From a virus: a stretch of DNA of 64,000 nucleotides. The stretch's first letter is position 1, and each line of letters starts with the position of its first letter. This document shows positions 1 through 6,495 of the stretch, piece after piece. The position numbers were made by a program, and so were the translations under genes. Location of the stretch: positions 8,233 through 72,232 of IMG/VR virus record IMGVR_UViG_3300028590_000013. One strand, 5' to 3'. A model generated the notes under the pieces. That model made no database searches. It worked only from the letters and a program-made list of their open reading frames with translations, and was not told the DNA's origin.

Positions 1-1
1 C

Positions 2-292
2 ATGGTGCCCCTACTTGCGCGCTCCGAGGACTCAGACTATGAAGTCGACACCGTGGGCGAGCTGGACAACGAAGGCGCCCTCGGCGTGGCGATACGTCAG
101 GCGCCCAAGGAAGTGCAGGCAGTCATCAATCTCTTTCTGTCTGCTCCCCAGGAGATCCTGGATCTCGCGCTACGTGGCTGGAGCGCCAAGGGCCGCCGCA
201 AAACGGACGGTAGCCGCCGCATCTGCCGTTTGTTGGGCCTGGACGAGAATCTCGACGTGCTCGCTCTTGTGGAGGATCACTTCACGAAATAG
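2..292 (+). CDS. Hypothetical protein, probably 5'-truncated at window edge
   Basis: Open frame from position 2 to TAG 290-292, phage-like codon usage. Confidence 0.6.
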   Translation: MVPLLARSEDSDYEVDTVGELDNEGALGVAIRQAPKEVQAVINLFLSAPQEILDLALRGWSAKGRRKTDGSRRICRLLGLDENLDVLALVEDHFTK

Positions 293-313
293 AGAGACAC
301 AGCAAAATTCCCC

Positions 314-322
314 CGTATATTT
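314..322 (+). promoter_or_regulatory. SGTATAKWT motif copy (putative phage-specific promoter)
   Basis: CGTATATTT intergenic, upstream of the GGAG RBS of ORF 375. Confidence 0.5.
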
Positions 323-374
323 CCACAGCCATTTTGGCTACCCAACCCGCTTTAACTAACGGAGCACACAGCAA

Positions 375-1379
375 ATGAAGAGCGCAATCTATTCCGAACT
401 CAGCAAGGCCGCAGGCATCAAATTCAAGACCGGTGAAGACCTGCAGGCTTACTTCATCGAACTCCTGAAGGGCATTGCCAGCCTCAAGGATCCCGAGTGG
501 GACGCCCTCAGCGTCGAAGCCCAGGACTGGTACAACGCCGCCGCCAAGGCGAAGAACAAGAAGGAGCCCATCGTCGACTTCCCCGACCTGGAAAAGGAGA
601 AGGAAGAGGAGGAAGCTCCCCGCCGCTCGCGCCGCAAGGCCGAAGAAGAAGAAGACGACAAGGGCAGCGAAGAGCTGATGCTCAAGGTGGGCGACGAAGT
701 CACCGTGGTGAACGCCAAGGGCAAGGAACGCGTGGGCACGATCGTCGAGCAGGACGCCAAGATGCTTGTCATCAAGGACAACGGCGACGGCGAAGAATAC
801 GAATACACGCGCGCCACGCTGCAGTCGATCACCAAGAAGAACGGCGACGTCGAAGAAGACCAGCCGCGTCGTTCGCGCCGCAAGGCCGAAGAAGAAGACG
901 AACCGGCCGTGCCCGAGATCAAGAAGGGCGACAAGGTCGTGGCCGTCACCAAGCGCGGCAAGACCATCAAGGGCGTGGTCGAGAAGATCAGCGACGACAT
1001 GGTGAGCATCGACGACGGTGACGACGTCTGGGACTTCGAGAAGGAGCGCCTGGAAAGCCTGCTGCCCGATGGCGTCACCAAGACCGTGAAGAAGGAAGAA
1101 GACGGCGACGAAGCCCCGCGCCGTGGCCGCACCTCGACCAAGGAAAAGGAAGAACCCAAGGAAGAAGGCGCGCGCACCCGCTCCAGCAACAAGGAAGGCG
1201 TGAGCATCGGTCAGCGTATCCGCGAGCTGATCGCCGAAGACCTCGACATCACCGAAGAAGCCATCGGCAAGCAGCTCAAGAAGGAAGGCATCGACTTCAA
1301 GGAGAATACGCTGAACCTGAACTACAAGGAATCGATGAAGTTCATCGCCATCCTGAAGGCAGCGAAGCGCCTGAAGTAA
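375..1379 (+). CDS. Highly charged K/E/R-rich protein with two small beta-rich repeat domains
   Basis: GGAG RBS; duplicated PRRSRRKAEEE linkers and two (V/K)GD(E/K)V domains; strong C/G-ending codon bias. Confidence 0.85.
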   Translation: MKSAIYSELSKAAGIKFKTGEDLQAYFIELLKGIASLKDPEWDALSVEAQDWYNAAAKAKNKKEPIVDFPDLEKEKEEEEAPRRSRRKAEEEEDDKGSEELMLKVGDEVTVVNAKGKERVGTIVEQDAKMLVIKDNGDGEEYEYTRATLQSITKKNGDVEEDQPRRSRRKAEEEDEPAVPEIKKGDKVVAVTKRGKTIKGVVEKISDDMVSIDDGDDVWDFEKERLESLLPDGVTKTVKKEEDGDEAPRRGRTSTKEKEEPKEEGARTRSSNKEGVSIGQRIRELIAEDLDITEEAIGKQLKKEGIDFKENTLNLNYKESMKFIAILKAAKRLK

Positions 1380-1403
1380 GCCGCGGCTTCGGCCGTTGAC
1401 TCG

Positions 1404-1437
1404 AAGGGCCCCGGTATATATGCCTGGGCCCTTTTTC
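1404..1437 (+). terminator. Rho-independent terminator whose loop contains GGTATATAT
   Basis: AAGGGCCC...GGGCCCTT stem followed by T-run. Confidence 0.7.
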
Positions 1438-1462
1438 ATTTCCCCATCAAGGAGTTTCCAGA

Positions 1463-2323
1463 ATGAGCACCAAAATCCTCGTCGTCCTCAGTGGCGGCCA
1501 AGACTCGACCACCTGCCTTGCCATCGCCATGCAGATGAAGGCCACCGGGCAGGTCGACGAAGTCCATGCCCTCACCTTCGACTACGGCCAGCGCCACCGC
1601 CGCGAAATCGACGCCGCCTACCAGATCGGACGGCTTGCCGGCGTCGACAGCCATGAGTTCCTCGAAGTCGGCGCCATCCTCAAAGGCACGAGCCCGCTCA
1701 CGGATAGCAGCCAAGAACTCGAGCAATACGCGGACCACGACAGCATGGCCGCCATCATCGGCGACCGCGTGGAGAAGACCTTCGTGCCGATGCGCAACGC
1801 CCTCTTTCTAACCCTCGCCGCGAATCGCGCCGTGGTGATGGGGGCCAAGGCGATCATGACCGGCGTGTGCGAGGCCGACAACGCCAACTACCCGGACTGC
1901 CGCTATGACTTCATTAGCGCCCAGCAGGCGGCCATCAACGAGGCCTTGGGCTTCAGCGGCGGTGACGATGGCTACATCGACATCATCACGCCGCTCATGT
2001 TCCTGAGCAAGGCGCAAAGCATCAAGCATCTGTTGAACATCGGTGGTGCCGAGCAATTCGCCTGGCTTGCCTTCAGCCACACGGCCTACGACGGCCAGTA
2101 TCCGCCCCTGGGCAAGGATCACGCCACGGTGCTGCGTGCCCATGGCTTTGAAGAGGCTGGCTACCCGGACCCCCTTATCTTGCGTGCCGTGATGGAGGGA
2201 GCCATGCCACGCCCCACCACGAAGAACTACGAGCGCGTGCCCCACGGCGTGATGCGCGCCATCGACGCTCACATCGCGACCAGCCTGAGCTGGTCGAAGG
2301 AAGGGGTGAAGAGCAATGGCTGA
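1463..2323 (+). CDS. queC: 7-cyano-7-deazaguanine (preQ0) synthase
   Basis: SGGQDSTT PP-loop, FDYGQRH, TFVPMRN, YPDCR motifs; AAGGAG RBS. Confidence 0.95.
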   Translation: MSTKILVVLSGGQDSTTCLAIAMQMKATGQVDEVHALTFDYGQRHRREIDAAYQIGRLAGVDSHEFLEVGAILKGTSPLTDSSQELEQYADHDSMAAIIGDRVEKTFVPMRNALFLTLAANRAVVMGAKAIMTGVCEADNANYPDCRYDFISAQQAAINEALGFSGGDDGYIDIITPLMFLSKAQSIKHLLNIGGAEQFAWLAFSHTAYDGQYPPLGKDHATVLRAHGFEEAGYPDPLILRAVMEGAMPRPTTKNYERVPHGVMRAIDAHIATSLSWSKEGVKSNG

Positions 2324-2924
2324 AAGCAAGGGCCCCTACAAGCGTTTCCAGCCCATGGTGGGTGGTGCCATCGACAGCGCCGCCTACGCCACGGAAGGCC
2401 TCTTGCGGGCCATTGGCGAGGATCCCACGCGCCCAGGCTTGCGTGAGACGCCGATGCGCGTTGCCAAAGCCTGGGCCGAGTGGACGAGCGGCTACAGCCA
2501 GGATCCCGGTGAGATCCTCAAGACGTTCGAGGATGGCGCTGAGGGCGTGGATGAGATGGTGGTGGTCAAGGACATCGAGATCTACAGCCACTGCGAGCAT
2601 CACATGGCGCCCTTCTTCGGCGTGGCGCACATCGCCTACATCCCCAACGGCAAAATCGTGGGCCTCTCGAAGCTCGCTCGCCTTGCCGACATCTTCGCCC
2701 ATCGCCTGCAGGTGCAAGAGCGCCTAACTAACGACATTGCCAATGCGCTGGTGGAGCACCTGAACCCCGTGGGCGTGGGCGTCGTCGTTGAAGCCCGCCA
2801 CTTTTGCATGTGCTCGCGCGGCATCAAGAAGCAAGGCTCCTCCACGATCACCTCCGCGCTCCGCGGTGCCATCAAGGACAAGGCCGAGGCCCGCGCCGAG
2901 TTCATGGCCTTTGTGAAGGGCTGA
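2316..2924 (+). CDS. folE: GTP cyclohydrolase I
   Basis: GLRETPMRVAK, SHCEHH, GLSKLAR, QVQERLT, HFCMCSRG motifs. Confidence 0.97.
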   Translation: MAESKGPYKRFQPMVGGAIDSAAYATEGLLRAIGEDPTRPGLRETPMRVAKAWAEWTSGYSQDPGEILKTFEDGAEGVDEMVVVKDIEIYSHCEHHMAPFFGVAHIAYIPNGKIVGLSKLARLADIFAHRLQVQERLTNDIANALVEHLNPVGVGVVVEARHFCMCSRGIKKQGSSTITSALRGAIKDKAEARAEFMAFVKG

Positions 2925-2925
2925 A

Positions 2926-3051
2926 ATGAACACGTGGATGGCCGGGGGAGATAACAGCACTTGGGCCTTCAAGGCTCGCCTGGAGGGCGACCATCCGCGC
3001 ACGCTTCTCTCTTTCCATTACCTCTCTCTCTCTCTCTGGGCACGAGCATGA
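2926..3051 (+). CDS. 41-aa mini-ORF, putative N-terminal unit of the DpdA-like enzyme (not in ORF track)
   Basis: Own translation: MNTWMAGGDNSTWAFKARLEGDHPRTLLSFHYLSLSLWARA; ATG 1 nt after folE stop; stop overlaps next start (ATGA). Confidence 0.65.
   Translation: MNTWMAGGDNSTWAFKARLEGDHPRTLLSFHYLSLSLWARA
3022..3037 (+). repeat. (CT)8 simple sequence repeat
   Basis: ctctctctctctctct directly visible. Confidence 0.95.
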
Positions 3052-3848
3052 TTGATCCCTCCGAGTTTTCTTTCTTCCTCGACTCCGGGGCCTACTCGGC
3101 ATGGAGTCGAGGCACGGCCATTGACATCGACGAGTACATCGCATTCATCAAGGCCAACATCGAGCACATCGAGGTCTACGCCTGCCTTGACGTGATCCCT
3201 GGATCACCAGGGAAAGCGGCCACGGAGCGCGAGCGCCAACAAGCCGCAGAGGAGACGTGGAAGAACTACCTCTACATGAAGGCTGAGGGCCTCGATCCCC
3301 TTCCCGTCTATCACTACGGAGAGGACTACGCCTTCTTCCAGCGCATGCTGGACTACGGCTGCGACTATGTCGGCATTGGAGGCCTCGTGGGCGTTCCTGG
3401 AGCGATGCGCAAGTATTGGCTGGATCGCCTCTTCAAGCGCATCACCGATGCCGACGGAAAGCCGCAGATCAAGACGCACGGCTTTGGCATGACGTCTGTC
3501 TCTCTGATCTTTCGCTATCCCTGGTATAGCGTAGACAGCACGAGCTGGATCCAGGCCACGGCCAATGGTGGCATCCTCTTGCCTGCAATGCGTGGCGGTG
3601 AGTTCGTCTTCAACGAAACTCCGATGACCGTGGCTGTGTCCAATCAGAAGGGCACCACTCAGCTGAGCCCAGCCATGCGCAGCATCGTTGATCGATGGCT
3701 GGCGGTGTGCGGCAAGACCTATGCGGAGGTCAGCGAGCACTACTACCACCGCGCCGTGTGCAATGTGACCTTCTTCAAGATGGTCAGCGAAACCAAAGCC
3801 GCCTCGGGATTCAAGCCCGATGGCATCCGTAAGCAAAGCCTCTGGTAA
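3048..3848 (+). CDS. TGT-fold (queuine tRNA-ribosyltransferase-like) protein, probable DNA 7-deazaguanine transglycosylase (DpdA-like)
   Basis: FLDSGAYS, LDVIPG, PVYHYGE, VGIGG, HGFGMT, SVDSTSW motifs; adjacent to queC-folE. Confidence 0.8.
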   Translation: MIDPSEFSFFLDSGAYSAWSRGTAIDIDEYIAFIKANIEHIEVYACLDVIPGSPGKAATERERQQAAEETWKNYLYMKAEGLDPLPVYHYGEDYAFFQRMLDYGCDYVGIGGLVGVPGAMRKYWLDRLFKRITDADGKPQIKTHGFGMTSVSLIFRYPWYSVDSTSWIQATANGGILLPAMRGGEFVFNETPMTVAVSNQKGTTQLSPAMRSIVDRWLAVCGKTYAEVSEHYYHRAVCNVTFFKMVSETKAASGFKPDGIRKQSLW

Positions 3849-3858
3849 GGAGACCACC

Positions 3859-4410
3859 ATGGCAAAAGGAAACGTCAGCCCCCTTGCGAAGCGCTGTAAG
3901 GCCGACTATGAAAAGCTGGGCCGCCTCCACGCCCGCACAGGCGCCGCAAAAGTCCCCTTCCCCCGTGATGCCAGTTCCTGGCAGGCAAAAGCCTATTGGG
4001 CCGCATACGACGCTGATAAGGCTGAAGAAGAGAAGACACGCGAAGCCTTCGGAACCGGTGAAGAAGATACGGCCCAAGCTGAGGAGTTCTTCGGCGTCAT
4101 GGACAAACAAATAGGCCGCATTGCCGAGGCTGCGGGACTGAGCAAAGAAGAGCTGGTTGGGCAGCAGAAGCCTGCCAAGATCAGCGCGGTCGTGAAAGTG
4201 ACCACGAACCTCCAGCCCAGCGGTGTTTTCGATTTGGGTCTTCTCTTCGGGATGGATCTGAGCGAACTGCCTCCAGGTGCACGCGAGCACGTGCGCGTCC
4301 TGCGAGTGGCCGTGCTTAAGGAGACCAAGCCCCAACGCAAACAGCGGCTCAAGGCGGCCATAACCCGTATAGCCCTGCGCCACACCCCAACCGTCAAGGC
4401 GGCAAGCTGA
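3859..4410 (+). CDS. Hypothetical protein
   Basis: AAGGAG RBS before ATG 3859; stop overlaps next start. Confidence 0.75.
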   Translation: MAKGNVSPLAKRCKADYEKLGRLHARTGAAKVPFPRDASSWQAKAYWAAYDADKAEEEKTREAFGTGEEDTAQAEEFFGVMDKQIGRIAEAAGLSKEELVGQQKPAKISAVVKVTTNLQPSGVFDLGLLFGMDLSELPPGAREHVRVLRVAVLKETKPQRKQRLKAAITRIALRHTPTVKAAS

Positions 4411-4625
4411 TGCGCGTCTACCTTGCATCAGGCAACGCGAACTATGCCAGCGAAAATGATGGCTATGAGAAAGCGTTGCGGATGGCAGAGCACAAACACA
4501 CCCTCTATAGTTTTATCTGCTTAACAGGCCTCCAGCGCCTCCCCATATATGAAAGTCTTTCTGGTAGTCGGAGCAGCGAACTCGTGGCACTCAAGCGGGT
4601 GGGGAGCCGCAGTAAGAGCGGCTGA
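4410..4625 (+). CDS. Mini-ORF, paralogue of DpdA N-terminal unit (MRVYLASG...HTLYSF)
   Basis: TGATG coupling; pattern shared with ORFs 2926, 4549, 4805. Confidence 0.65.
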   Translation: MRVYLASGNANYASENDGYEKALRMAEHKHTLYSFICLTGLQRLPIYESLSGSRSSELVALKRVGSRSKSG

Positions 4626-4830
4626 AGTCGACCGCGTGCTCGTGAGCTTCGTGGAGTACGTCAAGAGCCAACGGCAAGCCATGGCTATTGAAGTCCCCTC
4701 AGGAGCCTATGCCCCAATCATCAACCGTGACGCTCGCGCCGTTGAAGAGTTCGCAGGCCTCTTGAACCTGGGGCGCAATCTTCGGGAGACCTTGGAGGGT
4801 GACGATGAAGATCTTCCTCGCCGGGCTTGA
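4549..4830 (+). CDS. Mini-ORF, paralogue of DpdA N-terminal unit (MKVFLVVG...RVLVSFVEY)
   Basis: Shared pattern; overlaps previous ORF by 77 nt, no clear RBS. Confidence 0.6.
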   Translation: MKVFLVVGAANSWHSSGWGAAVRAAEVDRVLVSFVEYVKSQRQAMAIEVPSGAYAPIINRDARAVEEFAGLLNLGRNLRETLEGDDEDLPRRA

Positions 4831-4984
4831 TGCCAGCCACCTTGCAAGCAGGACCAACGGCTACACCCAGAGCGCCCACGTCTTCCCCCACGTTCTCGTT
4901 TCATTCTTTTTCTACGTCGATCCACAGAGTCATGCGCGGCAGAGCCCGCAGAACATCATCCCACCCGTGAAGGAAACCAAGTGA
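4805..4984 (+). CDS. Mini-ORF, paralogue of DpdA N-terminal unit (MKIFLAG...HVLVSFFFY)
   Basis: GGAGG RBS; shared pattern; GTGA coupling to next gene. Confidence 0.7.
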   Translation: MKIFLAGLDASHLASRTNGYTQSAHVFPHVLVSFFFYVDPQSHARQSPQNIIPPVKETK

Positions 4985-5385
4985 ACAAGAAGCTCTATCT
5001 CTGCGGCCCCATTCATGGGCTTAGCGACGCCGAGTGCAACAACTGGCGCAAGTATGTCACCGCCAAGTGGAGCGGCGGCGTGATCGATCCCATGCGCCGT
5101 GATGCCCGCGGTCGCATGCACGAGCCGGGCGTTGCCAAAGAAGTCGTGGAGGCCGACAAGGCGGACATTCTCGAAGCCTCGGCGGTCATCGTTTACTACG
5201 CCTTCCCCAGCGTGGGAACGAGCATGGAGATCCTCTTCGCCTGGGAGCAGCACAAGCCCATCATCGTCGTCAATGCCTCCATGCAGTACGACAAGGATCT
5301 CAGCCTGTGGCTGCAGTACCACGCCACGGTGATCGTCACCGGCCTGGACCCAGCTCTCCGCTATCTCGAAGCCGCTTACAACTGA
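4981..5385 (+). CDS. Nucleoside 2-deoxyribosyltransferase-like protein
   Basis: LYLCGP, IDPMRRD, DKADILEASAVIV, SVGTSMEILFA, KPIIV motifs. Confidence 0.85.
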   Translation: MNKKLYLCGPIHGLSDAECNNWRKYVTAKWSGGVIDPMRRDARGRMHEPGVAKEVVEADKADILEASAVIVYYAFPSVGTSMEILFAWEQHKPIIVVNASMQYDKDLSLWLQYHATVIVTGLDPALRYLEAAYN

Positions 5386-5396
5386 AAGGAAAAGCC

Positions 5397-6491
5397 ATGC
5401 CCACCATCAAACGCGAACTCATCCTGAAGACAGCCAACCTCGTGCGCCCAGCCCTGGCCACGGCGGCCTACATCCCAGCGCTGACGCACATCAGCTTCGA
5501 CGGCGAATACGCGACGGCCTACAACGACATCTCGGCCATCTCGGTGCGCTGCAAAGCTGACGTGGGGCGCTGCGTTCCCGGTGACCTGCTCATCCGAGGC
5601 CTTGGCAGTTTCGGCGGCGACGAGATCGCTCTCCAGACCGGACCCAACGAAGAACTGGTGATGTCGAGCGGGCGCGGCGCCAAAGTCAAGCTCCCCACCC
5701 TCAAGCTCAAGGACTTCCCCTACCAGCCGCCTGAGGTCAACGCAAAGAAGGATGCCCCCATCACGATTGATGCAAGCATCCTCAAGGGCATTGAGCGATG
5801 CCTCATGAGCGTTAACAACGACCCCACGCACCCCGCGCAGATGGGCGTCACCCTGGACAGCGACGACAACGGCGAAGCCCTCCTCTTCAGCACGGACAAC
5901 TTCACGATCAGCCGCTATCAGACCAGCAGCGAGATCCGCCTCCCCGGCGACACGCCGGTGATCCTGCCCCGCTTCTTCTGCGAGCAGCTCATCAGCCTCT
6001 CGCGTGCCTTCCCCGCCGAGAAGATCCAGCTCTTCCTGCTGGGCGGTGCCCTCTTCGCCACCTTCGGCGAAGCCGCTGAACTCTTCAGCAAGACCCCCGT
6101 GGATCTGGAGCCCCTCGACTTCCCCACGATGATGGGCAAGCACGTGAAGCTCAAGGGCCTCAAGGATCAGCTCTTCCCCATCCCCGACTCCTGGGAGTCC
6201 GCCTTTGGCCGCGCCATGCTGGTGCTCGGCAGCGAAGACGACAAGGCCGTGAAGGTCACGCTCGGCGTCGACACGATCCAGCTCCTCTCGACTTCTCCGA
6301 TGGGTGAGGCCGACGACGAGATGAAGTACGAAAGCGGCGACGGTGACCCTGACAAGCCCTTTCACGTCGACCCGGCCCTCATCATCCGCGCTTCCAAGAG
6401 CTGCGCGCTGCTGGGTTTCACGGATCGTGTCGTCATAATGGCCGACAAGGATCTCGCCTTCACTCACATCGTTGCGCACTGCTCGAAGTAA
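5397..6491 (+). CDS. DNA polymerase III beta-clamp-like sliding clamp
   Basis: ~364 aa; PALTHISF/ATAYND start, DFP, STDNF, ILPRFF segments typical of DnaN-like folds; precedes polymerase. Confidence 0.75.
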   Translation: MPTIKRELILKTANLVRPALATAAYIPALTHISFDGEYATAYNDISAISVRCKADVGRCVPGDLLIRGLGSFGGDEIALQTGPNEELVMSSGRGAKVKLPTLKLKDFPYQPPEVNAKKDAPITIDASILKGIERCLMSVNNDPTHPAQMGVTLDSDDNGEALLFSTDNFTISRYQTSSEIRLPGDTPVILPRFFCEQLISLSRAFPAEKIQLFLLGGALFATFGEAAELFSKTPVDLEPLDFPTMMGKHVKLKGLKDQLFPIPDSWESAFGRAMLVLGSEDDKAVKVTLGVDTIQLLSTSPMGEADDEMKYESGDGDPDKPFHVDPALIIRASKSCALLGFTDRVVIMADKDLAFTHIVAHCSK

Positions 6492-6495
6492 AGCC

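Noticed and set aside
282-1439. 385-aa antisense ORF
   Set aside because: Shadow of the strongly codon-biased + strand gene; no RBS or family motifs
2961-3047. TTG-started N-terminal extension of the DpdA-like ORF given in the track
   Set aside because: No RBS and implausible sequence; the other frame (2926) carries the shared pattern
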